From NCBI RefSeq assembly GCF_009914755.1, contig NC_060928.1: a DNA stretch of 64,000 nucleotides; one strand, 5' to 3'. Positions 49,916 through 64,000 of this stretch are shown piece after piece. The stretch's first letter is position 1, and every line of letters starts with the position of its first letter. A program made the translations under genes and the position numbers. The notes beneath the pieces are model-generated. The model did no database searches. It worked only from the letters and a program-made list of their open reading frames with translations, and was not told the DNA's origin. This DNA comes from the human T2T-CHM13v2.0 reference genome, Homo sapiens.

Positions 49916-50282
49916 TGTATTACTCCATTCTCATGCTGCTGATAAATACATACCAAAGACTGGGTAATTTATAAAGGAAAGAGGTTTAATGGACTCACAG
50001 TTCCACATGGCTAGGAAGGCCTCACCATCATGGTGGAAGACAAAGGAAAAGCAAAGAGACATCTCATATGGCACCAGGCAAAGAGAGAGCTTGTGCCAGG
50101 GAACTCCCCTTTATAAAACCATCAGATCTCATGGCACTTATTCACTATCACCAGAACAGCCCAGGAAAGACTTGCCACCATGATTCAATTACCTCCCACT
50201 GGGTCTGTCCCATGACACATGGAATTATAGAAGCTAAAATTAAAGATGAGATTTGGGTGGGGGGACACAGCCAAATCATATT
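49916..50282 (-). mobile_element. THE1-type MaLR solo LTR in pseudogene intron 6
   Basis: gactgggtaatttataaaggaaagaggtttaatggactcacagttccacatggct ... acacagccaaatcatat; gttgc flanks on both sides. Confidence 0.85.
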
Positions 50283-50334
50283 GGTTGCCCAACCATAAAA
50301 TCTGCAATCTTAAAAATTACAGGGGGGAGTACAC

Positions 50335-50587
<253 letters not shown>

Positions 50588-52436
50588 CTAAATTATCAGA
50601 AGACACAGACATCCAAAGGCAATGCAGGCTGAGAAAGTGAGTGGACCCCATTCCACTGGGAAAGGGAGGTGATGTTTCTGGTCAATTTGTCTTTTTAAAT
50701 TATTAAATCTTTCAAATCACACTTTCCTTTGAAAGGAACTTGAGAGCTTTATATGATGTACTACCAATCTCTAGACAACAGAGGAAAAGATTTCTTATAG
50801 GAATGTCAGAAACTAGTATTAGAATTGTCAAAATTATGATTCCCCTAAGGGCTTGGAGAGCAGTTTCCAATTTTTCTTTTTTAGGTTGAAGACCAGTTGA
50901 GTAGCAGTAGCTGTCGATGTAACTTTCTCCCTTTGGGCATTATATTTACATGAAGGAAGCTGCAAAAATTTTATTTTACCCAGCCACTGTGATTCAGTTT
51001 TTGGTGTCTACTTATGAGGTTGCCATGCATAAAAAACAGAAATATGTGGCTAAGAATTTCCTAGAAATGCACATAAAAATCTGTACTGACTGCATCTCCT
51101 TTAACCAAGGATACACATGTAATGATTCTAAATGATTCCATTCTAATGATTAGGCTAAACAATTCTAATAAAGTACGCATCCATAGAATCTATTTAGTAA
51201 CTGTCATTCCTTATAAAGCCTTTATTCTCCTTTGAAATAACTGGAAGGGGGTACGAAATGTGACTAAGGCTCATAAAAATGAGAAAGGGCAACAAAAGGT
51301 AGCTGAATTGTTATCTTTAACCCGAACCTATTTACCTTTGTTTAGAAGAGGACAACACTTAGGTTCCATTATTGCACTAAAAAAAGCCAGTTAACTTATG
51401 CAATCTTCCTGAAAAGGGTGTTTTTTTAAAAAAATAACTTCTTGACTGAGAAGCCCTTGGCCCTTCAGGCAATTTCTGTTGAGACAGAAATGGTCAGCAC
51501 CTTCAGTCATTAGTTCAGTGTCACTTCTTTTGGGGGATTGTCTATTCATGGTAGTCAACTGAGCATACACAATGCCCAGTTACCAATGGAGCATAGGCAG
51601 TTTATAAAGTTATGAATTTGTGTCAGACGTGAGAGTTGCAAAAATCAGTAGTATTAGGGGGTTTTATTTCTTGATAGATTTATTTGGGCCTTTAAAATTT
51701 GGCCCCAAATGTTGTAAGCAGAAATTCTTGTAGACAAAGGACAAATGAAAGAGCTGTCTTCTTTCCCTTTCTGTTCTCCACTTTAAGACAGCCCAGACTA
51801 GTATATGAGGGTATTTAAATTTCCTATACCAAAAGAGAAGACCAGCAAACTCTTTACTTTTCATATTCCAGTTTTCTTCAAAAAGCAAGCTTTCTAAATG
51901 ATAATCTCCTAAAAATACCAGTTAAGAACAGATGCTACCATTTTGCTAGTACTTTATGAGAGAACTCCAAGAATCCTAATGAGTTGCTATCCCACTCTCA
52001 ACACTTCCCTTTACTCCTGTTTTCCATGCATTCTTTTCTATATGCAAGAAAACAAAGAAAAATGCAATAAGTAAATGTAAAATACTAAGTGGTATAAACT
52101 AAGTTGTGTATTCTCAAATGTGCTAAGCAACAAGGAAGCCTGACTTGTAACATTATGTGTTTGTTCCTTCCTTTCATTTTGTGAAAATTTATAAAACCAT
52201 TAAACCTAGAATGGGGGAAAAGAAGGCAACCATAAAAGCTGAAAAATGGCAGTCTTGGGCATACATCTCTTCCTCCTACCCCCCTTTCTTTTGTGCCTTG
52301 AGCTTTTTAAACAGGATGGCCTGAAGGAGGCATCACAGAGATGAGCTTGGTTTACTTCTTGTATACATTAAATGCAAGAGCCTATGATGGAGGCTTTAAA
52401 AGACTGTGATGGAAAAAAGCCAATCTAAATCCTTAC

Positions 52437-52653
52437 CTTTGCATTATTTATTCCTGCCCTCTTCCTGCAAGTAATCCACAGCCTATCAAACATACTTTTT
52501 CTAGTGGAGCATCAGGATCAATTTTGACAAATGCACTTTCTCTTAACACTGTATTCAGTGAAGGTGCTTGTGTTAGGGAGTTGGTAGATTGGTTTTCTTT
52601 TACAGGTAAATCTGGTGGTGTCATCAGCCATGGTTTCACAAATACCATCAAAG
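52437..52653 (-). pseudogene. ADH pseudogene exon 5
   Basis: 217 nt; [34 protein letters not shown]/(-2 fs)/[31 protein letters not shown]/(-1 fs)/GINNAK|gtaag; 81-nt intron 4, short like ADH7 intron 4 (97 nt). Confidence 0.9.
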
Positions 52654-52734
52654 CTTAGTAAAGCAAACCATAAAAGCACATATGAGAGATGAATGGAGGT
52701 ATAGGATGAAATTTTAGTAATTAAAGAGACCTAC

Positions 52735-52810
52735 TTGAATTGATTGCATATATTTCCTTTAGGGATCAAACAAGGGTCAGATTTTCCATACTGAAGGATG
52801 ACTTTGTCTC
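52735..52810 (-). pseudogene. ADH pseudogene exon 4
   Basis: 76 nt (88 minus a 12-nt in-frame deletion), ctccag|GA GAC AAA GTC ... TTC AA|gtagg; DKVIL-QYGKSDPCLIPKGNICNQF; two structural-zinc Cys replaced by Tyr and Ser. Confidence 0.88.
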
Positions 52811-53255
52811 CTGGAGAGAACAATGCAATCATTCATCAAAAAGTCTCTCTGGAATGTTGAAAGGATAAATATATACAAAAGACTACGTTGTATTTCAATT
52901 AAAACCTCTCACAACACATGCCCAAGCTTACTTTTAACAAAGTTAGATATCCTTTATCTTCTTGATTAAATTTATCAAAGAACTGGGTTTTGAGCCATGT
53001 ACTTACTATTTCCTAGCTGTAGTAAGACCCTTGATTGTTCTGTCAGTATTATCTAAAATGTCCAATTTCTCAAAAATTACAAGACATGCAAAAAAATAAA
53101 ACCAGAAATTATGACCCATACACTGGAAAAAAAAGCAGGCAAAAGAAATTGCCTGTGAGAACAACCAGACATTGAATTTAACACACAAAGCCTTCAAAGT
53201 AGACATTATAAATATGATCAAAGAACTAAAGAAAACTATAATTAAATAAAGGAAG

Positions 53256-54205
53256 GTGGCTTAGTCTGTGCTGCTATAACAGAATGCCTGAGACTGGGTA
53301 ATTTATAAAGAACAAAAATTTATTTCTCACAGTTCTGGAGGCTGGGAAGTTCAAAATCAAGATATGGGCATCTAATGTGGGCCTTTTTATTGCATTCTCA
53401 CATGACAGAGTGTGGAAGGATAAGAGAGAATAAACCCACTTTTGCAAGCCCTTTTCATAGCAACATTAATTTATTCATGAGGGCGCCACCCTCATGACCT
53501 AATCACCTCCCAAAAGTTCTCACCTCCCAACACTGTAACATTGGGAATTAGGTTTCCAACACATGAATTTTGAAAAGGACACATTCAAACCATAGCATTT
53601 GACCTCTGGTCCCCTAAAATTCATGTCCTTCTCACGTACAAAATACATGCACTCCACCCTAATAGCCCCCGAAGTCTTAACTAGCTCCAGTGTTAAATTT
53701 TCTTCTACTGTGAGCCTGTGAGCAAACCAGCTATGCACTTCCAGAACACAATGGTGGGACAGCTACAGGAAGGACATTCCCATCCCAAAAAGGAGAAACA
53801 GTGAAAAAAAGAAAAGCAACAGGTCCCAAGTAGGTCCAAAACCCAACAAAGCAAACAACGTCAGGTCTTAAGACTTGAGAATAATCTTCTTTTACTCCAT
53901 GTCCTATCTTCTAGACACACTGGGGTGAGGGTTGGGCCCCAAAGGCTTCAGGCAGCCCTGCACCTATGGCTTTGCTGGGAACAGTTCATGCTTCAGCTCT
54001 CATTCATTGAAGTCACATACCTGAGGCTTTTTCAGGCTGATGATGCATGCTGGTGGCTCTACAGTTCTGGCATCTTGGAAGCAGCCCCATTCCCACAGCT
54101 CCACTAGGCATTGTCCTAGTGGGGATTCTCTGTGGTTGCCCTGACATCACAGTTTTGCTTGACATTGTCCTAGTGGGGACTATTTTCATCATCCTTTGAA
54201 ACTGG
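53256..54205 (-). mobile_element. MST-type MaLR LTR (53256-53597) plus internal fragment, embedded in old L1M pieces (53040-54860)
   Basis: ttagtc...tgctgctataacagaatgcctgagactgggtaattta...acattcaaaccatagca followed by MaLR internal-like sequence. Confidence 0.75.
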
Positions 54206-56454
54206 CTACACACCCACTAGCATGTGGCAAGAATCAAAAAATGAGGATGTAGCAAAATAAGAGCTCTCCTATGCTGCTGGCAGGAGTGTAAAACAGTATG
54301 GCAGTACTCAAACTACAAAACACAGAGTTACCCAGGAAAAATGGTAATGTATGTCCACACAGAATCTTGTATGTGAATATTCATAGAAGCATTATTTACA
54401 ACAGCCAAAATGTAAAAAAAAAAAAAAAAAAAATCCAAATCCTCATCAATTCATGATTGGATAAATAAAATGTGGTATCCACTGGAAAATTATTCAGCCA
54501 TAAAAAGAAATGAAATACTGATACATGTTATAGCATGAATGAACCTTCATGCTAAGTGAAAGAAGCCGGACAGACACCAAAGACTACATATCATATGATT
54601 CAATGTATGCAAAATGTTTAGAATAGGCAAATCTACAGAGACAAAATAGGAGATTGCACATTTCTTAGGGCTTGGTCAGTGGAGGAGGAATGGGGGTAGC
54701 TAAAGAGTACAGAGTTTGTATTTAAGGTGACAAAAACGTTCTATAGCTGACTATGGTGATGGTTGCACATATTTGCAGATATACTAAAAACCATTGAATT
54801 GTCCACTTTAAATGCGTGAATTGTGTGGTGTGTGAAATACACATCAATAGAGTTCTTAATGCATTCAGTAAGTTAGTGGTAAAGACAGAAAGCATTTAAC
54901 AGCTATCTCTCATTGGCACTTGGCAATTTTATACATTAGCCATAGTAGCTCATGAAATATTTTTTTCCCTAAGAAGAGAACTAGGAGAACTCTCTTATTG
55001 TTTATTAAGATTCCTGAGAGGGAAAAGATTTCTGTTACAATATTTACATCTTGATGATAACTGAGGAAACCGCTCAAGAGGTGAAATCTAGTTTTGAAAC
55101 ACAACACTGGGGACATTGGAGATGATGGGCCTGGGAAGAACTGGAGGTAGAGAGGCCGTTAAGCGGCCCCCACCTCAGATCTCACCCAGTAGTCTTGTTA
55201 CCTTCTGAGTGAGGCAAGGTTAAAATTAAGAAGAAGGAAGAAAAGTGAAGACAGTGCTTCAGAGAAAGAGAGGGCTTTTATACCTAAAGAGGAATAGAAA
55301 TTTAACCTGTGAGACACATTGTCCCTAGTCAAATGAATACTAGAACCTCAAATGGCCATGCCTCAGGTCACTTTAGCTAAACCTACTCACTTCACTCCAT
55401 TTGTCAGAAACCCAAAAAGCTGACACCTCTAATTTTTAATTTCATCTCTATGATACTGGTAAAGTAAAATCTTATTAAATCACAGGGAATTTATTCAACT
55501 TTCTGGAACTTGGTTGAAATTATGTTGGATCATTGAACCTCTATCTGACAAGCCACTTCTTTGGGGGAAGTTTTACTGGATGACCATGGAATTGAGTTAC
55601 TATGGTAACTATGTCATATGGGTATAATAAGGGCTGTGTTATTTCAACTTCCAAGATTATCTGGCCTGAGTTTAGGGGCAAGAAACCTAATATTTTGACA
55701 ACATCTGAAAGAAAAAACTATTAGAAGTAAAGAAAATATAGAGGATATTTCTGATTTAAGATGATAAACTGAGCTTACATGTTTAGCTCTTCTCCAAGAG
55801 CAAAAGAATTTTTAAAATATCTATAAATTAATATATATTAATTATATATATTTATATATAATATATAAAAATATATGTACACACACATATATCTCCACTA
55901 TAATGAAGACATAAGGAAGCTCTCATCAGACACCCTAAATATAACCTGGCCAAATTCAAGCTCCCTATAGTGCCTCAAAATCTACGCTTTCCATAGCCTT
56001 CTTTTCTGTAAATTGCAATCCCAATGTACTTACTAGTCTTTCTACCCAAACTTTGAAGTCATCCTGATGCCTTTATTTCTCACACTTTAGCAAGTTCTGT
56101 TGACTCTATCTTCAAAATATACTTAGAATCCAATCACTTTTCACTACTTTCATACTATCATCCTGGTCCAAGCTATCATCACCTCTTGTGTTTACTGCTA
56201 TAATAACATCCTAACTTGCCTCCTACTTCCACCTTTATTTCCTCCTCATCTCTTTTTTTCAGTATGGCAGCTGAGTGTTCCTTTTAAACATATAAGAATG
56301 CTTATCATTTTTACTCAAAATCATTTAGGAGTAAAAGTCCTTACAGTGTACTACAGTGTTCTACTTCATGTCCATTTAAAACACACTATTTAATTAAATG
56401 AGGCTTTATGTGTATCTTCTTTGTTTAAATTTGTATCTGTCATTTTCAATTTAT

Positions 56455-57266
56455 TCTTTTTTAGTTTAACTTTTATTTTAAGTTCAGGGATACATATGCA
56501 GGTGTGTCAAATAGGTAAACTTGTGCCCTGGGGGTTTGTCATACATATTATTTCTTCACCCAGGTATTAAGCCTAGCACTGATCTTCTCCTTCCTCCCAC
56601 TCTCCACCCTGCAATAGGCAATTGAAGAAACTTTTCAAAAGAAGATATACATGCAGCCGGCAATCATGAAAAAACACTCAACATCACTGATCATTAGAGA
56701 AATGCAAATCAAAACCACAAAGAGATACCATCTCACACCAGACAGAATGACTGTTATTAAAAAGTCAAAAAATAACAGATTCTGGTGAGATTGTGAAGAA
56801 AAACGGATGCTTATACACTGTTGGTAGGAGCGTAAAATTAGTTTGACCACTGTAGAAGATGGTTTTTGTGATTCCTCAAATTCCTAAAGACAGAAATACC
56901 ATTTGTTCCAGGAATCCCATTACTGGGTATACCCAAAGGAATATAAATTGTTCTATCATAAAGACAGAGGCACACGTATGTTTACTGTAGCACTATTCAC
57001 AATAGCAAAGACATGAAGTCAACCTAAATCAATGGTAGACTGGATAAAGAAAATGTGTTACATGTACACCATGGAATACTGTGCAGCCATAAAAAAGAAC
57101 AAGATCATGTCCTTTTCCGGGAACATGGGTGGAGCTGGAGGCAATTATCCTTAGCAAACTAACTCAGGAACAGAGAACCAAATACCACATGTTCTTACTT
57201 ATAAGGGGGAGCTAAATGATGAGAACACATGGACACATAGAGGGGAACAATACACACTGGGGCCTA
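56455..57266 (-). mobile_element. Short 5'-inverted old L1 (3' end minus 56455-56619; inverted part plus 56627-57266)
   Basis: Plus part ends ...acactggggccta and the minus part begins (in L1 sense) gcctattgcagggtgg, contiguous in the L1 3'UTR. Confidence 0.8.
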
Positions 57267-57515
57267 GCTTTCTTTTTATCTTGTTCACTGTCACCAGAAT
57301 GTAAGTTCTATGAGAGGAGAGATTTGGTTCTTTAATTTTTAAAAAAGATTCAGCACCAAACTATTACTTAGCAGATAGTTGGCACTAAATATACACTAGT
57401 CAAATCTATGATAGGATGAAGATCATACTGGAATTCCTCTTTCCAATCTGTAAACTGTCAGAAACCACCACCCCCCAACACTATTTGACAAGTCTCTACT
57501 TTTGTGTTATTTTAC

Positions 57516-57654
57516 CTGGTTTTACCTTTCTCACTCCTTTTCCAATACTCTCTACAATTCCAGCTGCTTCGTGTCCTAGAAGAAATGGATATTTAGTTTT
57601 TAATTTTCCATTAATTGCACAGTCGTCTGTGCCACAAAAGCTGATGGCCAGAAT
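57516..57654 (-). pseudogene. ADH pseudogene exon 3 (still open)
   Basis: 139 nt, tcacag|ATT CTG GCC ... CCA G|gtaaa; ILAISFCGTDDCAINGKLKTKYPFLLGHEAAGIVESIGKGVRKVKP (27/46 aa identical to ADH7 exon 3 by hand count). Confidence 0.92.
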
Positions 57655-57685
57655 CTGTGAGGAGATAAAACAAAAAAGATACACA

Positions 57686-57961
<276 letters not shown>

Positions 57962-58344
57962 AAAGATACACAAAATTCATTAGTATTTTATGACGTAGAT
58001 AATATTTCTCTCAAGCTAGTTCAAATAGAGTGACAGTATTTTATTTTTATATTTTCTGGTTATAATCAATTATAAAAGCATAGACTTATATAAATAACAT
58101 TGTATCATTCATTTAAGTCAAAAGTTTAAAATGTATTAGCTCAATTTACTTTCCTATCCTAAAATACAATAGCATGTAATCCTCAGTCCTTTGAGATCAT
58201 TCTACTGGCTCTGCACTTATTTCATCAATCCCACCAAAATTGCATGCTGTTAATTTTTTCTATGTATGTTCTTTGATTATTTATTTAATCTCAATAAGCT
58301 ATACTACCTCACTGATATTGTTCAATAGCAGAGTTTATTCTTTT

Positions 58345-58466
58345 TTACAATTTTTGTTTTGTTTTTGTAGAGACAGGGTCTTGCTTTGTTGCCCAGGTTG
58401 GTCTCAGACTCCTGGCCTCAAGCTATACTTGCACCTCAGCCTCCCAAAGTGCTGATATTACAGGCC
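58345..58466 (-). mobile_element. FLAM/Alu left monomer
   Basis: tgtagagacagggtcttgctttgttgcccagg...ctcccaaagtgctg; aga(g/a)tttattctt flanks. Confidence 0.8.
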
Positions 58467-58834
58467 AGAATTTATTCTTAACATGATGTTTTAAAGAAAC
58501 CATTATAAACACAGAATGATCTTATAACAGTACAAACCCTATTGTCTAAATGTTTTACAATATTCTATGGGAAAAACAGAAAATTCTTAATGCCAGAATA
58601 TGATAGATTTCAGCACTTCATTTTTTGTTTTGTTTTGTTTTTCTTAGTGGCAATTAACATTTTCTCCTTCCCAATAACCTTGCAGAATAGGACAATCTCC
58701 TAATGCTTGCTAGTTCTCCCAATTAATTGCTTATTTTACACTAATGGATAGAGTATGTAGTAGTAGGAAAATTGGTGGATTGAGCATCCGGCTACTCAAC
58801 ATTTACCTTGTTCAGCTTGCAGACAGTGAGCAGG

Positions 58835-59660
58835 CTGCCCTTAGTGACTCACTAGCAATTCTTTTCTTCCTATCCCAAAAACCTAATGCTCTGCTGACCT
58901 AGAGGTCTTAGTTCCAAAGGGAAGAATGATTTCACCAGGAGACACGATTCCACTGAAGTGGAAATTAAGACTACAACTCAGACACTTTGGTCTTTTATGC
59001 CTCCCTTCTTTAGGCAAAGAAGGGAGTTACTGTACTGGTTGGAGTGATTGATCCTGATTATCAAGGGGAAATTGGGCTGCTATTGTATAATTAAATTAAA
59101 AAGAATGTGTCTTGAGTAGAGGAGATCCCTTAGAGCATCTTTCAGTACAAACATGTCCTGTGACTAAGGTCAATGGAAAACTACAATTCAATTCTGGCAG
59201 AACTACCAGATCCTTTAGGATGAAGGTTTGTGTCATTTTTCCAGGAAAAAACCATGACCAGCTGAAATACCTGCCGAGGGCAAAGGGAACACAGAAAGAG
59301 TGGTGGAATATGATAGTCATAAATACAAGCTACAATCATATGACCAGTTGTAGAAACGAGGACTATAGTTGTTATGAATATTCATATTTTGGTATGAGTC
59401 TGTTTATATATATATATGTATATATACATATATATGCTTATATAAAAATATTTTCCTTTGCACACTTATCTCTTTATCTTTTAAAATGTATTAATGATAG
59501 TTAATTTTCCATTACAGTATATAAGTTAGAGCAGATCAATGAGAAGAATGAACATCACCCAAGGTCTTTGCATATTTTTTGGGGGAAAGTATTAGCACAT
59601 TTTTTATTGTATACAGAATAGTTACATCTGTGAAGTGAAAATACAATTTTATTATTGTCC
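58835..59660 (+). mobile_element. ERV-L internal fragment (dUTPase-like region and 3' end)
   Basis: ctagaggtcttagttccaaagggaagaatg (LEVLVPKGRM) ... GVIDPDYQGEIGLLL, degenerate. Confidence 0.75.
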
Positions 59661-59671
59661 TTTTTTTAAAA

Positions 59672-62600
59672 AAACTTTTATTTTAGGTGCGGGGGTACAT
59701 GTGGAGGTTTGTTATAAAGGCAAATTGCAGGGGCTTGGTGTACAGATTATTTAATCACCCAGGTAATAAGCATAGTACCTCATAGGTAGTTTTACGATCC
59801 TCTCCCTCCTCTCATCCTCCATTCTCAAATAGCCCCCAGTGCATATTGTTGCCTTCTTTGTGTCCATATGTTCTCAATGTTTAACTCCCACTTATAAGTA
59901 AGAACATGTGATATTTGGCTTTCTGTTTTGTGTTAGTTTGCTTAGGATAATGGCCTCTAACTCCATCCATGTTGCTACAAGGGACATGATCTCATTCTTT
60001 TTTTTATGGCTGTGTAGTATTTCATGGTACCACATTTCTTTATCCTGTCTACTATTGATGGGCATTTAAGTTGATTCTATGTCTTTGCTATTGTGAATAG
60101 TACTGCTATGAACATACACATGCACGTGACTTTATAGTAGCATAATTTCTCTTCCTTTAGGTGTATACCCAATAATGAGATTGTTGGGTTGAATGGTAAT
60201 TCTGTTTTACGTTCTTTGAGAAATTGCTACACTGCTTTCCACAAGCATTGAACTAATTCACATTCTCACCAGCAGTGTGTAAGTGTCCCATTTTCTCTGC
60301 AACCTCGAGAGCATCTGTTATTTTTTTACTTTTTAATAATAGCCATTCTGACTGGTGTGAGTTGGTAATCTCTTTGAGGTTTGATTTGCATTTCTCCAAT
60401 GATTAGTTATATTGAGCATTTTTAAATAAGCTTTTTGGCCACATGTATGTCTTATTTTGAGAAGGGTCTTGTGATGGTTAATACTGAGTGTGAACTTGAT
60501 AGGATTGAAGGATGCAAAGTATTGTTCCTGGGTGTGTCTGTGAGGGTGTTGCCAGAGGAGATTAACATTTGAGTCAGTGGGCTGGGAAAGGCAGACCCAG
60601 CTTTAATCTGGGTGGACACAATCTAATCAGGTGCCAGTGAGGCCAGAATAAAAGCAGGCAAAAGAACATGAAAAGGCTAAACTGGCTTAGCCTCCCAGCC
60701 TACATCTTCCTCCCATGCTGGATGCTTCCTGCCCTTGAACATCAGACTCCAAGTTCTTCAACTTTGGAACTCAGACTAGCTTCCTTGCTCCTCAGCTTGC
60801 AGATGGCCTATGGTGGGACCTTGTGATCATGTGAGTTAATACTCCTTAATAAGCTCCCCTTTAGATATACATCTATCCTATTAGTTCTGTCCCTCTAGAG
60901 AACCCTGACTAATACAGATCTGTTCATGTCATTTGCTCACTTTTTAATGAGATTGTTTTTTGCTTATACATTTGTTTAAATTCCTTATAAATTCTGGATA
61001 TTAGACCTTTGTTGGATGCATAGTTTGCAAATATTTTTTCCCATTCTGTAGGTTGTCTGTTTATTCTGTTGACAGTTTCTTCTGCTGTGCAGAAGCTCTT
61101 AAGTTTAATTATATCCCATTTGTCAATTTTTGTTTTTGTTGCAATTACTTTTGGCATTATCATGAAATCTTTTCCAGGGCCTATGTGAAGAATGGCATTT
61201 CCTATGTTATGTCCCAGGAATTTTTTTAGTTTTAAGTTTTATGTTTAAGTCTTTAATCCATCTTCAGTAGATTTTTGTATATAGTGCAAGGAAGGGGTCA
61301 TCTCAGTCTTCTACATATCCAGTTATCTCAGCACTATTTATTGAATAGGGAGTCCTTTCCCCAATTTATAATTTTGTCAATTTTGTCAAAGATCAGATGG
61401 TTGCAGGTGTGTGGCATTATCGCTGGGATCTTTATTTTGTTCATTTGCTCTACGTATCTATTTTGGTAGCAGTATCATGCTGTTTTGGTTACTGTAGCCT
61501 TGTAGTATAATTTGAAAATGGGAACAAAGTCCAGCTTCTTCTTCATTTTTTTTTTTGCTTAGAATTGCCTTGGTTATTTGGGTTCATTTTTGGTTCCATA
61601 TGAATTTTAAAATAGTTTTTTCTAATTCTGTGAATAATGTTATTGGTAGTTTGATACGAATAGCATTGAATCTATAAATTGCTTTGGCCAGTACGGCCAT
61701 TTTAACAGTGTTGATACTTCCATCCCATGAGCATGGAATAATTTTCCAATTGTTTGTGTTATCTCTAATTTCTTTCAGCAGTGTTTTGTAATTCTCATTG
61801 CAAAGATCTTTCACCTCCCTGGTTAGCTGTATTCCTAGGTGTTTTACTCTTTTGTGGTGATTGTGAATGGAATTGTTCTTGATTTAGCTATCAGCTTGGA
61901 CGTTGTTTGTGTATAGAAATACTACTTAATTTTGTACATTGATTTTGAATCCTGAAAATTTGCTTAAGTTGTTTATCAGATCTAGAGGCTTTTGGGCAGC
62001 ACCTCTGGGGTTCTCTAGGTATAGAATCATATTATCTACAAACAGATGATTCTGATTTTTCTCTTGCCTGATTACTCTGGCTAGGAATTCCAGTACTATG
62101 TTGAATAGAAGTGGTGAGATAGGGCGTCCTTGTCTTGTGCCAGTTCTCAAGGAGAATGCTTCCAGCTTTTGCCCATTCAGTATGATGTCAGCTGTGGGTT
62201 TGTCATAGGTGACTGTCATTATTTTGAGGTATGTTTCTTTAATGTCTAGTTTATTGAGAGCTTTCAACATGAAGGGATCCTGATTTCTATTGAAAGACTT
62301 CTGCATCTACTGAGATAATCATGTGGGTTTTGGTTTTAGTTCTGTTTATGTGATGAATCACATTATTGATTTGTGTTTGTTGAACCACCCTTACATCTCA
62401 GGAATAAAGCCTACTTGATTTTGATGGATGAGCTTTTTGATGTGCTGATGGATTTCGTTTGCCAGTACTTTGTTGAGGATTTTTTAAAATCTATGTTCAC
62501 CAAGGATATTGGCCTAAGGTTTTCTTTTTTTGCTGTGTCTGATAGCAGATTTTGGTATCAGAGTGATGCTGGCCTCATAGAATGAGTTAGTGAGGAGTCC

Positions 62601-64000
62601 TTCTCCCTCAATTTTTGGAATAGTTTCAGCAGGAATGGTACCAGATATTTTTTGTACAACTGTTGCTGTGAAAGTATTCAGCTGTTAATTTATTTGGTCC
62701 TGGGCTTTTTCTGGTTGGTAGGTTTTTTCCTTACTGATTCAATTTTGGAACTCATTATTGGTCTGTTCAGGGATTCAGCTTCTTCTGGTTCAATCTTGGG
62801 AGGTTTTATGTTTATAGAAATTTATCTATTTCTTCTAGGTTTTCTAGTTTTTGTGCTTGTAGGTGTTTATAGTAGTCTCTGAGGGTTTTTGTATTTCTGT
62901 GGGATTTGGTGATAAAGTACCCTTTGCTATTTTGGATTGTGTTCATTTAAATCTCTCTTTTTTCTTTATTAGTCTAGCTAGAAGTCTCTCCATCTTACTT
63001 ATTCTTTCCAAAAACAAACTCCTGGATTCATTGACCTTGTGTATGGTTTTTTGCATCTCCATTTCTTTCCATTCAGCTCTAATGTTGGTTACATTGATAT
63101 GGGCATTTAGTGCTATAAACTTCCCTCTTAACACCACTTTAGTTATGCCCCAAAGATTCTTATATGTTGTATGTTTGTTCTCATTAGTTTCAAAGAATTT
63201 AATTTCTGTTTTAATTTTATTATTTACCTTAAAGTCATTCAGGAGCAGGTTGTTCAATTTCCATATAATTGCATTTTTAAAATTATTTTCTTAGTATTGG
63301 TTTCAATTTTTATTTTACTGTGGTCTGAGAATGAGTTTGGTATGATCTGGGTTTTTTTTGAATTTGCTAAGGATTGTTTTATGGCTATTTATGTAGTTAA
63401 TTTTAGAGTATGTGCCATGTGCAGATGACAAGAATGTATACTCTGTTGTTTTTGGGTAGAGAGTTGTGTAGATATTTGTTAGGCCCATTTAGTCAAGTGT
63501 CAATTTCAGATCCTGATTATCTTTGTTAGTTTTCTGCCTCATTGATCTGTCTAATACTGTCAGTGGGGTGTTGAAGTCTCCCTCTATTATTCTGTGATTG
63601 TCTAAGACTCTTTGTACGTCTCTAAGAACTTGCTTTATCAATCTGGGTGCTCCTGTCTTTGATGCATACATATTTAGCATAGTTAGATCTTGTTGAATTG
63701 AACTCTTTACCATTATGTAATGCCCATTTTTGTCTCCTTTTATTTATTTAAAGGCTGTTTTGACTGAAGTTAAAATAGCAACCTCTGCTTTTTGTTTATT
63801 TGCTTGTTTTCCATTTGCTTGGTAGATTTTTCTCCATCCTTTAACTTTGAGCCTATGGGTGTCATTGCATGTGAGATGGATCTCTTGAAGATAGCATACA
63901 GTTGGGCCTTGCGTTTCTATCCAAATTACCACTCTGTGCCTTTTAATTAAGGCATTTAGCCCATTTACATTCAAGGTTAATATTGATATGTGTAGATTTG
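59672..64000 (-). mobile_element. Old L1 (L1PB/L1MA-like), 3'UTR through ORF2 endonuclease, continues past the right edge
   Basis: Degenerate ORF2 peptides (MNVNGLNALIKRHR..., [16 protein letters not shown]...). Confidence 0.9.
60470..60916 (+). mobile_element. MLT2 (ERV-L) solo LTR nested in the L1
   Basis: tgtgatggttaatactgagtg ... ctctagagaaccctgactaataca; 5-bp TSD ggtct/gatct. Confidence 0.88.

Noticed and set aside
54105-54180. Direct repeat cattgtcctagtgggga x2
   Set aside because: Lies within MaLR internal sequence and is probably intrinsic to the element.

Overview
Human-like (primate) genomic DNA from the alcohol dehydrogenase cluster. An AluYb8 insertion points to human. The minus strand carries the promoter and coding exons 1-6 of ADH7 (class IV/sigma ADH); exons 7-9 lie off the left edge. 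The rest is mostly intergenic and rich in L1, Alu, LTR and MIR elements, and most long ORFs in the supplied track are L1 remnants. The main surprise is a second, co-oriented, intron-containing ADH gene relic 32-42 kb upstream of ADH7 (48347-57654). I could reconstruct five consecutive exons (3-7) by hand. All keep AG/GT ends but carry frameshifts, stops and lost zinc ligands, and the relic is not a simple ADH7 duplicate. Other points: two 5'-inverted (twin-primed) L1s, a ~1.75 kb inverted L1 pair beside ADH7 exon 6, two inverted duplications, and candidate NRF2/AP-1 and CTCF sites. Repeat subfamily calls are from recalled consensus sequences and need RepeatMasker confirmation.
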